A DNA stretch of 64,000 bases from Styela clava. Taxonomy: Eukaryota. The notes under the pieces are model-generated. The model was given only the letters and a program-made list of their open reading frames with translations. It was not told the origin of the DNA and made no database searches. The stretch covers positions 11,036,001-11,100,000 of the forward strand of contig NC_135258.1 in assembly GCF_964204865.1 (NCBI RefSeq). The letters are read 5' to 3'. The position numbers and the translations under genes were made by a program. Below are positions 40,401 to 53,586 of the stretch, piece by piece (within the stretch, counting starts at the first letter, position 1; each line of letters begins with the position of its first letter).

Positions 40401-43400
40401 AATTACCACGGCGAAAGTGGTTATAAAAATTTATTTCACAAATGGTGACGAAATTCTAAATTTGTTGGCAGTAATATAAATTTAAGGATCCTTTATATTT
40501 TTTTTGCGATTGTCAACAAGAACAGACAGTTGTTTTCCAACAATGGTATATAGAGAATACAACGTTTTCGGAGTTTTCAACAGAACACAAACCTAAACTA
40601 AGCATCTCTGTAGTACCGAAATCAGATAAGAAAAAATGCGAAATTTGAACTGTTTTTATTTATTTATTATACCCCAATTCTGTGCGGAAGGGAATCGGAT
40701 TTTAAAAATAGTGCGTTTATATTTTTCAGAGTCTTTTTACCTGTAAACGTAATCGGTGACGGTAGTAGATGAAAAATTAGACGATTTAAAGTCGATGGTA
40801 TTTCGATTTTAAAATAGTTCGTTTTAGAAATGAATGGAGTTTACATCTGATGCACTGATCTTTTCGTTGTCAGACAGTCGGCGAATCAATTTTTATATTA
40901 CGTAGTGACAATTCAAATAAAATAACGCCAAAACGCCATTGAACGGTAATCATTTATTTAATAGCCATAGAGAGCGTGACAGCTATTGTACCAAGATGGA
41001 TCGTATTCATCAACGAATACATATTGTTTGTCAATTGTCTTTTCAACGTTTTGTGTATTAGAGTTTGAACAAAAGAAACTGTATTATGCGTCGCTAGTTC
41101 AAAGAGCTAGAATATGACAGTCAAATGAAACTACTTATTAGTCCTATTATTCCTGGCCGCGTATGAATTGTATTTGAAACGCACAAAACAGGGGTATGCA
41201 GGTCATGCATGACATGGCAAAATTTTTTCATGAAGTATATTATACTTGATTTAGGGCCGCAATACCATGCCAATATTGGGTTAAATATAAATAAAATGTT
41301 TGGTTGCTTTATATATCGTAATTTCATTGAATACTTTTAATAATAGTAATAAACGTTTTTAATATTAGCAAAAAATACCGAAATATAAAATGTCATTTTT
41401 ATAAATTGCTAATTGATATTTGGCGTAAACTTGTGCGGATTATTTTAGTAGCAAGCGTTTTGGGATAATTTAGGTAACTTTAAAATTTTTGTGTTTCCAG
41501 TTTACTAAAAGGTTGGTTGTTTTGATGCATATACCAAATCATAAACATGCTTACAGTCAATATTGCCAGAACTCAAAACCGCCTGGATTTGAGGGTCTGA
41601 TTCTGATACAGCTCATGATGGTTTACCCTATTCAAATAATTGGATAGTCTTATCTTCCCTGTTTCCTACTTTGAATCAACTAAACAATTGAAATCGCGTC
41701 TGGTTCGTGCTTGAAGTTTTGTACATTAGTAGTTCCATTTAACAAGACTGTCGTTGCTTTCTGCGTAAGCTGAAGACAAATTCCCTCTCCCCGAGAATAA
41801 CGTAATTTGACCACGCTTATTAGCAAACTTGTTTAGTTGGTCTCAAACAACGTTAACTTTGAACGATTAAAAATAAATTATTCAGTTGCAAACTCGTTTC
41901 TTCCACACAATTCTTCAATGTGAGATTAAATTGTCTAATCAGTTTTTAAAAATCCGAATGAACGTCACTAATTTCGTCATCGTGGGCCTTATATCACTAC
42001 ATCGTAAAAAAGTAAAGTTACAAGCAAAAGCCAAAACCTTTGACCACGAAAAAACCACAAACACGTAAATGCAACTGAAAAGAGATTAAATTGGATATCT
42101 AATACCAATTACACAGTGATGACAGTAATCAATGATATATTTTTATTGCAATATGATTGTCGCGAGCGTGTATATAAAGTACGACGGTTGAAACTGAATC
42201 CATTTCAAATCTAGTTTTGTGCATAATATTAAGTAGCAAGTTTTATTCAAACAATTGACTTGGCTAACTTGTTCACCATTTATTCGAAGTTTTACTGAAG
42301 TTCATTCTAAAAATGAAATAACAGCATTATTCGTTTGACATATTTATTCTATTGCATTTATATAATGACGTATAATTGCAGTGGCATAGCAAGTTAAATA
42401 CGAAATGGCAAAAATTGGAACCAGGGTCAATTTGAACATATTGCAGAGAGGACATCACTTATGTGCAAGGAGTAGATCACTAAAACTTTTAGGTGCAATC
42501 ATACACAAAAAATGACACACAGAAAAGCAACTAAGCAATTTATGGGTTTTGTTTTTGATGTGTCACCCTGTATATTTGATATAATTAAACCCTGTCTATT
42601 TTTCTGACATCTCCCGTCATGCATCTATATCAGTTTTTTATAGCATCTTTTATATAGAACGTTAGCTGTAGCATAGAGGTCGAGCGCATGTTTTCATATT
42701 AACACAAGACACAAAACTGAATTGGCGGACCATTTAGTATATGTCATTGATAAGTTATATAGATTGAGCATATTGATCAATATCAACTCGTCAAACCATA
42801 TATCTCAAATACGCAATTTATTTTACTATTTTTCTCACTTTTGTCAGTAAATGTCGAGGTGGTGTAAAGATAAAACACGAAACCGAGTCACAACAATTTT
42901 AACGCGAGTTTTCCTAATTATACGGTCATTTTATTCAATTAGCAATAGGTCGATATTTACGAAAAACAGAAAAATACACTTTATGTTGGCTTTTAACAAC
43001 CATAAGAAGGACCGTATCATTTGATCATCAAATCAAAAATGTTGAGCAGTTCGCAACTTTCTCCTATATATATTATGTTTCACTCTATGTCTGCGGAATT
43101 AGTTTACTAAATACTCGCTGTTGTTGTGTATATGCGTTAGCACATTCATAAACTCAATTCTACAGCAAAATGATATAAAACACCGTGATGTCATTCTTCA
43201 TAAGGTATGTGTGTTGTCCCAATCATATCCACCAAAAATATTACTATTAAAAAATCTTTCTCTAATAACTTCAGTTTAGATTGTGCGAATGTTGTAAATG
43301 TATAAATATTATTGTTTTACTTCTCTATTCCCATAAATGACAAACATTTTCTTTATCTCAAAAATCTTAACGCTGGATATTTTATTATTTCCGGTTCGAA

Positions 43401-43516
43401 TTAGTAAATGTTTGTCTTTTTACCTATTCTACTATTTTTGTATTTCAATGCAGGTAATAAATTAAGTACACATTCTGTTCTACACTGTGAAACTGAGGTC
43501 ATAATATGCTTCAAAT

Positions 43517-46500
43517 ATGTTTTTAAAAGTGATTTATAATCAGATGGGCTATAGAAATACCTTTTCCTTGTTACTTTTAATCTTCATGCTGGAATTAGTA
43601 AAGCCAGGATTTTCAAATACAGTAACCCACAACTTAACTCAGGGGACAACAAATGCTAACAACCGCACCCCATCGTTCATCACAAAATCAACATCAAATG
43701 TCGTCGAGTCATTGCCGGAAACAATCTTCATCAGCTTTCGTCCAATTTCTGGGAATAACATCTCAAACAGTGTCTACAATTGCAGCGAAGAAGCCGGCCC
43801 TTCGGAGATGACTGGCGCTGCAAAAGTCATTGTGGTATTCATCTTAGTAATCGTCGTATTCGTGACAATATTCGGCAACGCATTGGTGATTTCAGCTGTC
43901 TTGGTGTTTCATGAACTTCAGACTATAACAAATATGTTCGTTGGAAGTTTAGCATGTGCTGATCTTATTATGGGTGCAGTGGTTCTTCCGTTAGGAATTC
44001 CATATGTAATCAACGGAAAATGGGGTCTTGGAATACTATTCTGTAGAATATGGGTATCAATTGATGTATTAACCGTAACAGCAAGCATAGAAACGCTTTG
44101 TGTTATAGCTCTGGATAGATATTTTGCTATAACAAAGCCGTTTACTTACACAACATACGTAACCCGAACTAGAGCCAGATTTATCATTGCGGTAATATGG
44201 ATAACTTCGGCAAGTATTGCGTTTATTCCTATCCAACTTGGTTGGTGGAAGAAAGATTCAGAGAAAGCGAATTGCTGCTACAACAACGCTGAATGTTGTG
44301 ACTTTATAACAAATGAAACGTATGCTCTTGTGTCATCAGCTATCTCGTTCTACATTCCTCTCATTATAATGGTCTTTAGCTACTCCATTGTGTTCAAAGG
44401 TATTTATTTTTTATTTTTAATAACTTTTATATTAGTCAGAGTTCTTTCTGATTGCATATCGTGCCCAATATATTACACTCTGAATGATAAGTCCAGATTC
44501 ATACATTCCTAATACCTGTCTCCAGTAAAGCAGCTGGATCTTTGCGCTGATACTTATAAATTGCAGACACTGTCCATGACTATGATATATTTATGGAACA
44601 CAACGAATCCCTGCCTGCTATACGGCGAAACCCCAACCAAGGGTTGTATAAACGGGGTTCGGGAACCCTGCTGAGTTTGACCTTAGTGCGCCTTCGTTAA
44701 AAGACACGCGTGGCGTATGGCAAGTGGGGCCCCTCGGGCTGACATTCTTTGTTATATATAATATTGTTTGCGATTATTACATAGACAAAATTGGGACCTC
44801 CTGAAGTAAGCGCACCAAGATTGCGCACAACCTGAATTCAGGTTGTGTACCAGGTTAGAGTTCAAGTTATGCGACATCTTGGTGCGCATACTTCAGGAGT
44901 ACCCAAAATTGTATTTTATATATATAATGTATTATAAAAATTGCAGACAGTTAATGCTTAATTGTACTAGAATCGATTTCACTTCATTCAATTCCTTTCA
45001 GTAGTGAACAAAGAAATTTGTTCCGTGGTTATGACGCTTATGTTTGATTAAAACATATTCAAGGTCACGGGCACGCAGTCAAAAGCCATCTCAAGTTCAA
45101 TCATTTACTTAGGTATTGAGCCGGACAAATATTGTTTATATATTATACACACTTGTCTATGAAGATTAAATCTGTCATACATTGGTCCTCAATAACTTGT
45201 CGTACAAATTGTCTTTAAGAAAAAGATACAAATGTTTTAGATTTGAAGATTTATTTTTTGTTTTTAATTTTTTTTTCTTTAGAGGCAATTCGACATGCGT
45301 CTCAAATCGATGACCAAACCGGTATATTTCGTCGAGCCTCCATGCCAGGCACGAATCGTCCACTGTGGAACAAACAACAAAGAAGAACCGTCTTCACAAT
45401 GGGATATATCATGGGAATATTCGTTGTTTGCTGGCTTCCGTTTTTTATCATGAATTTAACTCAGGTTTGCTGCACTTTCTTCTTTTTTGTCTGTTTTCGT
45501 CATTTTATACTTTTGCAATTATCACTTTTTTGCCTTTTCTCATGAACATTATTAAAAAAAAAACAATCACGTTTTCATCTCTTTATGGCATTGTATTTTG
45601 AATTCTAAATTCTATTGCAATATTTTTTACAATATTTTTGCGATGATCCGTTGTTTTGTGATTTGTTGGAAATTATTTTCGCGTTTCCTAATTTTGTAGA
45701 TAGAACTCATTTTGCATGCTTATTTCTGGCAATTACTCCCGTAATTAACAGCACTACTACTGTATATATGGGTAGGAATATATCATTATTCGTTAATACA
45801 TAAAAAAAGATGTTTTAAATAAACTTAACAATTTTTTTTTCAGGCATTTTGTCCTGACAACTGTATTCCAGTCGGGTGGTTTACAACATTCAATTGGTTG
45901 GGATACGCAAATAGCTTTTTCAATCCATTTATATACTGTCATAACAACCAATTCAGACGAGCATTTGGAAGACTCTTAACTTGTTTGCCATGTTCGGAAG
46001 GTAAAAGCACTTTTGTGTTTTTAGCTGATATTGTACATTGCGATAAAAAAAAATATCAGATATTTTGGTGTGTCATCTGAGTTCTGCCGATATTTGAACC
46101 AGTAGAACTAATAATCCTTTAGAGTTTAGACAATGTCTCGCGCATAAGACGTTACTGGTTGCTTTTCTACCTTTAGTTTTTTTTACTTTTACGTTCTTGT
46201 AAACCCTCATAACTTATGTGTTTTAGGCGTTTTCAAACTTAATTTACCTTAGTATTCAATCTTTTAGTAACACCAAACACTGCGTTACTAAAAACTAGAA
46301 AGTAGTACTTCAACTTTGCATAATGGTACTTATATTATGCGTGGAAACAAGTTTTAAAATTTATATTAACATGACATTTGACCTTCATATTAGGTAATCG
46401 GGGTGCTCTCATCAGAAAAATAAAATTAGTTGAATTTTGATGTTACTTGCGACTTTTATAACCCATACGTGGTTGAGAAGGAATTGAGAAATTGAAAGAA

Positions 46501-49235
46501 ATTAAAAAATCTGAGACTAATTTTGTATGAAATTTGCTCAAAGCAAGGTTCCTCACACTCACTTAGAAGACTCACTTTTTATTGAAGCTCGGAACCAATG
46601 CTTGGAACTCATTTTTTATCAAAATTTTTTAAATTAACATTTTGGGTCTCGAACCTCAAAAATAATTTGTTTTGAAATATGCCACCTTTGAAAAACCAAT
46701 TTACGTTGTTTTCGCCGCAAAAAAATGGGGTGATGCGTATAATGGGGTCAAAAGTCAATCCTGTGCATATGTGGCGTTGAAAAGATAAAAAGGAAAATGA
46801 TAAAAACACTGTCCCTTGTTTATACTACAGTCACAAACGACACGCTACAAAAATCGCAGGGATATATTTAATGGTATGGTGGCACAAATATGCATGAAGT
46901 GCGTCATCGTATTTTTAGTGCGAAAGTATATTACATAGAACGTATATGATGTGCAATCAGGCAAGTTTTCCGTTAAAAACGTACTTATTTGTTAAAATTC
47001 GATTCATCTAAAACTTTAGCAACATAGAAATCACGTGTATATTATTAATCATTCTTGACAGCGATGAAGTTCTGTTTCACAGACACGGTATAGTTTGAAA
47101 AATTTTCTTATTGGCTTGAACTTCTGTCCGAATTCTAGCTAGACTGTCTAATTCAGTGAAAAAAATCAAAGCATAACATATTTAATAATAAACTTGAATT
47201 TCGTTTATATATTATAATCTTTGATTCTTAGACCCACATATTACTTCTTCTTGTACTACCAATGTACACTTATTGAAGGTGAACTTAATATCCTGAAATT
47301 GCTAGTTTCCGGTGAAACTGTCATTCGTATATTCCCGAGACATAGCACTAAAGCAAAACCCATTTACCAGTGCCAAGCATAGAGTATTTTACGTCAATCA
47401 CATCAAACCAATGTTTTTCAGTATTCCCGGAGTCAAAGGTCATTGAGAAATGTCACAAAATGGTTTGCTATAAACTCATATCCTTCGTCAATTTTAAACA
47501 AAAAGTATCAACGGATTATCTCGTCAGTCATTACAATTCGCTCTCTAGTCACCGTGAAAATTCCTACGGGGCTTCTTCCTCCGACGTCTGTCATGGCTCT
47601 TGAGACAAGATGATCACCGTTTATGATAGTCTCTTTAATATTAGGATTAAACTACATGATCAATAGAATTTCACTATCAATCAATGAGTTCCACAAGTTG
47701 ACGTCCGATTTTTTATCATCATATTGACCTTTTTTTAACATAAACAGGTTTTGTTACCAAATAAACCAATTTTTATGAAATACTTAATATTTCTAATAAA
47801 TATTTTTCATAGTGTACCCCAATTGTCCATTAAAGTTGGGAGTTGCCCAATCAGGTGATCGGAAGCATCGGTCAGTAAATTCGAAACCCATAGATGACCT
47901 TTTGCAGATATGTCGTTACTGGAAAATATTTTTTCGGGTTTTTTATGCTATTTTAAGAATCAAGTAGCGTAGCTGTAACTGTCTCTCGGTTGGCAATCAT
48001 AATTTTTATTGACATTATTGGGAACTGTAGTTTGACTCATAGCATTGCACTTATATTGCATTATCTAGGTACTTGAAATACGTGATTTGAAAAAATAAAA
48101 CAAATCATGCTTTGTGAACTTCAATTCTAAGTGTTAAAATAGCTATTTATAGTAAGTTGAATAAAATGGATGACATACTCGGTCATAAGGATGCAAACCT
48201 GAAAATTGTTTACACTGGTTTTTGTGTCTTATAAAACTCGATGTGTGTATTGATATAGTTGTAATGTCAGGTATAAATCATATAATATTTTGCTGAAACT
48301 ATCACTATATTCTTGATTCGCTTTTTTTTCATCGGGTAAAACATTCACACTCAAGTTTCTCGATTTCAGGTTTTGAAAGAACAAAAAGGGCATCTCTATC
48401 TGACTCATTTCCTCGATATAAAGATACCACACGTGAAAGTACTTTGTACATGTTGACAACATTCTTTCTAAGTGGAGGGTCATCCCGAAAAAAGAGTCGA
48501 AAAAGTACAACTAGTACGTCCGGTATACTTAAAAGAGATTCTAGCATTTACAGTCGGTCCCCTACAAGATCACCGATTCGCCACCCACGATTTCGACTTG
48601 GTTCAGAAGAGATTGACGTCCATGGCTTCGAATCAGCGAATAATAACAATGAAGGCGATGCAGAGAGTGAATATAAATTATATTTAAACACAGACGAGGC
48701 TTTACATGATAGTCATGACAGCCCAACATCACCTCACAGTAGTAGAAATTCGTTTCAAAATCACACGGACGGTAAATCCGGGAATGGTGAAATATCAATT
48801 GTGCCATGCCACACGTATGAAAAAGACTGCTTGTCTGATATATCTGAAAGTGAAGCGGGAGACAGTGAATCTGCTTTGTTGTATCCTTCGCGCAGATATA
48901 GTGATTTTGGACGAAGTAACTCTTTGCAATATTGGGGAAACGACGATACAAATCACCAACCGTTTAAAAATGGGGTGGGGAGGTTAGGAAAACGGACAAG
49001 AAGGTCAAAGAGTCTTTTTCCCGCTCCTCCCCATGAAAATATAGATAACAAACCGCCAAAAACGAAAAACAATGTAGTACACGACCCATTACCTCAAATT
49101 GTCATATCGCCAGATTCTGATAAAGACTATACAGAGAACGGCGTCATAAATTCGAATATTCCTCAACATTCGACGAAAGAATCAGTAACTTCAACTGAAC
49201 AATCCGAATCCGATACAGACAAAGCGTTAGTATAA
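43517..49235 (+). CDS. ADRB: Beta-adrenergic receptor-like class A GPCR, ~695 aa; exons 43517-44399, 45283-45464, 45844-46000, 48370-49235
   Basis: TM3 WVSIDVLTVTASIETLCVIALDRY, ECL2 CYNNAECCDFITN, TM5 YALVSSAISFYIPL, TM6 CWLPFFIMN and TM7 FNWLGYANSFFNPFIY closely match vertebrate beta-adrenoceptors. Splice phases 1/0/1 are compatible. Start may be 43544; subtype not assignable. Confidence 0.93.
44793..44904. mobile_element. 112-bp foldback MITE in GPCR intron 1
   Basis: GGGACCTCCTGAAGTAAGCGCACCAAGAT...ATCTTGGTGCGCATACTTCAGGAGTACCC flanked by AAAATT on both sides; homologues at ~10540-10625 and ~12958-13058. Confidence 0.8.
47422..47603 (+). CDS. Candidate alternative terminal exon of the GPCR
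   Basis: TTTTTCAG acceptor, phase-1 compatible with the donor at 46000, open for 60 codons (VFPESK...SSSDVCHGS*). Confidence 0.35.
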
Positions 49236-52200
49236 TCCTGTTACTATTACACCAACATTTTTTTATTATTTATTGCAAAAACGACATTTTCTTTTAAGTA
49301 TTTGTATTTTTTATTATAAACAAATCTGGACAAATATTTTATTTAGAGGAGTCCAGAGAAAACTCACAATCACCAACATTCCAAAAATCGGCAGGTTATT
49401 TTGTAAAAAAAATTATTTTAACTTCGTATATCTACAATAATAGTGTAATAAAATGTCAGCCAACTGTAAAAAAAATCAGCAACTTACTTGTAAGTTAAAG
49501 TAAATACACCCAAGAGTATCAAGCTCTACATGCGAAGTCCAATCACTGAATATTTATGTTCAACCTTCTTGACTAATTATTACTATTACCGTATCATTAA
49601 AACAACCAAGTAATCCTTGTCGAATTACTGAAATTTTGAAAATTACGTTTTGTAGTCACAATATTTACCGAATGAATGTAAATAAATTTTACAACTAATC
49701 GGAAAGCGGTATAGATACCAAAAAATCGATTTCGTATTGTTATCAGACATAACGGAAATCTTAATATACGTCAAATTCATTCCTATTTACAGTTATTAAA
49801 TTATTTGCACTGCTTATTTTTGGGTGAAAACACGTATTTGTGGTACCGTGAACAAATTTATCGATCTGGGATACTCAGAAACGCCCGATTTAACAATATT
49901 CTTATAGCTTAACCAAATATACATAATCGTTAAAATATTTGACTACAAAAATCAATGAAATAGCCAATATGGGTATGTTTTTCTTCTCAAATTTTAATGA
50001 GGTGTTTCACATGTCCGAATAAGCATTTACACAAGCAGCATTTTTACACGTAGGGGTTACTGGTTTTGATCGGCATCTTTTAAAAATAGTCTATTCTAGG
50101 AAACTATAAGAAAAGACACGAGCTTATTTAAACATCTCTTGAAATACTAATCTTGATGGCTTCTGTATGGACATGTTTGAATAGCTGAATAATCGCGACT
50201 GTTATGCACATTTTTTTCAAACGCTGTCTTTGGATAACCTAAATAGAATTATATGGCCACGTTTCATGGCCCAAATATCTATGGAAACGCTTTGATGAAC
50301 TTCGTTCATTTTTTCTCACTTTATAGAAGTTCAATGCTTAAATATTACAAACATTAAAATTTATAAACAGTAATGATATTTATATGAGACAATTTTGTAA
50401 ATTCCGAAGTCGTCAGCATAGTAAACCATCATACCTTCAAATGCCATGATGAAATTTTTACATGAAGTTTTAGAATACTTTTCGTTTTTAATACAAATTA
50501 AATTTAACTGATTATTCCTGTTTTTCCCATGAAGTGAAAACAATATAAAAAAACGTATAATTGACATTAGTCCGATTTTTTTTCTGTAACTCATGTCGCA
50601 CACCTCAAACATATTGCTTATTTTTTATTATTTCTTTTTTTTTACTGATTAGTATCTTTTCATATAGCATGTCAGCTTAAATTTTGATTTTTCGTGTGTT
50701 TAAGTTATGTTAACAAATATAATACATTCATATAAATACGGTATAACCGGAAATTTACTAAATTCAAGGCAAGGTACAACTTTGCGTTATATAATACGAA
50801 TTAAATCAAACAAAAGTCTTTTTGCAAAATTTCAACTTTCGGTTGCTGCCAAAAGTTGCCAGTCAGGCAGAGGAACTAGAATTGAAGCATCATAAATTAC
50901 AAAAAATAAAATCAGGACAAATTAGTTTTTGTTATCATTTTCATAACATTACATATGTTTTGATATGCCAAATAAAAGTTAGAAGCTACCAGAAGTTAGC
51001 ATTCTAGCCACCAAGTTACCACCCTAAAAAGTACACAAAACCATAACAAGTCTATGAATAATAATGCATCAAGTTGCGATCTATATAATCGAGTTTTTTC
51101 GGGTGTTGACAATGGCAAATGGTACTTTATTTTTGAACCTAATTCTTCAAGATACATACTTGAATTACTTACACTATAAACACGTGCAAATGAGGTAGTA
51201 TCAGTCGTTGATCTTCATTTGATCTTTACTATGTCTACTAATATTTAACTGCAATAATATATTACTAATAGATGTTCCTATTTCTATTTTATATTTTTCT
51301 TAAAATTAATTTGAAAATCTACTGTATAATAATGACTTTATGTTGTTTCTGTTTTACTTTATCTTTACATTTTGTCAAACTGCACAATTTATACCGATTA
51401 TTCTTCAAACTTTTAGTTGTGAACCCGTGCAGGCATAACTTTATAAATTGAACAGTAAAAAAATTCTTTGGTTTTAAATCACAATCAACAAATTTGAAGA
51501 CATAATCCACGTGATAAGCTGCACCTTATTAATTTTGACAAGCAGATATAGAAAACATTTAAATATTTGCCTTTTTAATGTGTATGTAGCCTCTTTTTCA
51601 AAAAACCCCAGATTCGGACATTTTTTATATCATTTTTTGGAAATTAAAGTTTTTTTTTAGAATTTCATTGGCATACGTCTTAATTTAAACAATTTTGATC
51701 TTAAATTTGCAAGTATAGTTTGTGTTGAAAAATTAGTTTAAAGGTGCTTTATTACTTTTTCCGTCAAATTAAAAATTGTTTTTCAATCACTTTATTTTGA
51801 TAGTTCATTGTAACTCAGTTACAACTATTGTCAGATCTTGAGTTACGTTATATTTACCTCTTTTTGATAGCAATAAATAAAACGAAAAGACTAATCCTTC
51901 ATTTATCAAAAACTTCAATGTGGAATTGTTTGCCCAAAGGAATGCTTGATTGTGGAACACTTGAATGTGTCTGCGCTTGAATAAAAAATAAACATTGGGA
52001 AACGATAATTTGTGTTTCAAAGAGGTAAACAGCTTCCTTAGCTGTGGCTAAAATTGTGCATTGCACAATAGAATAAATCTTAGATGACAACTAAAATGTT
52101 AGGTGCATTCGCAGCTGCTTACGTTAGCGGGTTAACGCGGTATCTCAATTATTCGAGTTAATAAAATTACGGACGAAGGGGAAAATGGCGACTTCGCGAT

Positions 52201-53586
52201 ACGTGAAATTACTAATCTAATTCCAAACGAAATACAATTGAATTTCAGGAAAGTTCCAGCGATTGTGATTTCACCACGGTAACAGAAAATTGACCCTATG
52301 TTGAATAAACTTTCAGATCAATTTGCATGAGAACGGTAAAATCCAAACGACCACTTCACGTCACCACTTCATGGTCAAGTGGGCTTTTTAATAACATACA
52401 ACAGTGTAAAATTATGTAGAATTTTTGTGTATATTCACAAACTAGACGCAGAAAGATTTATAAAAGGGAACAAAGACTGCATACTTCCACTTCATGTATA
52501 ATCCAAACTTGAAAGACCAAACATAATTGACGCTAACACTGAAAAGAAGAAGATGTAGACTCAAATCAAATGTGTTCAGCCAATATTTTACATATTAAAA
52601 GAGGTACTTTTTGAGTCGTCGCTTACTGCTTTGAGCAACATGCTCGAAATATCCGGATTTTTCATTATAGAACAAAAGAAAGTACACAAACGTGTTAAAA
52701 ACCCGTTCCTTGAAAGAAAAGACACGTGCTTCTGTTACGTTATCCTCAAACGCTTGACGTCAAAAAGTCGTCCACATTGTTTATTTTGTTCCTATAGACT
52801 CAAGGAAAATTTGAACAATGATGGTGTTCAGTTAAATATTCCTCAATGGAAACGTGAAATGTTTTTGTGCGAGCTTTTTTGTCAATGTAAACTTTGTACT
52901 TGATTGATGTGTGATACAATGTGTTTATGACAGTATATTACATAGGCATATGTCGTATTTCAGAGGGGATGAATCCTTGCAAAACACTAGATAATTGCAG
53001 AAAAAAAAATTATTTTCGCGGTATTGTTTTTTCTGAATTGCCATATACTTTGTAAAAAATAACTCTTTGCATTCCAGGTAATCGCATGCTATCAACGATG
53101 AATAACACAATTGATACGGTCGCTAAGCAAATAACTTCCTATTAGGCTATATGGGTTTTCGCAGGTTTGTAGCCCAACCGAGTCTCGAAGTAAGAAGGTA
53201 TGTGCGCACATATAGACGGGCAAGTAGCATCCATCTGTAACAACTGGCGTAATGAAATCGCAAATATTAGATTTTATAATTTTATACCGGTTCAATTTCG
53301 GGTATAATAACAATATTATGTGCGTAAAAACAAGTAAAAAAGAAAGACAACGTATCCATTGGCTAGAAATATTCACAACCTAATAGTTACCACAAAAATA
53401 AAAATAAAACGGCAAATCATTTCTCCGTCTGTATGATCGGTCAGCTAAGCTTGAATATATCTAACTATGAGTTTACTTAGTTGGATATAAAGAAAACTTA
53501 ATGTCATCAACCACTTAAAGCGATGTATTTCGTTGACGTCAAATAGAACCATTTCATCGTACAACGGTCATAGTGTTTGTCTAACG

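Noticed and set aside
44620-44680. Type II hammerhead ribozyme (GCGAAAC ... CTGCTGAG)
   Set aside because: The core reads CUGCUGA rather than CUGANGA, and stems I and II do not pair convincingly.
48471-48473. Acceptor TTCTTTCTAAG as the start of the last receptor exon
   Set aside because: Phase 2, incompatible with the phase-1 donor at 46000; the acceptor ending at 48369 fits.
48229-48987. Overlapping and antisense ORFs around the receptor's last exon
   Set aside because: By-products of the real coding exon; no motifs.
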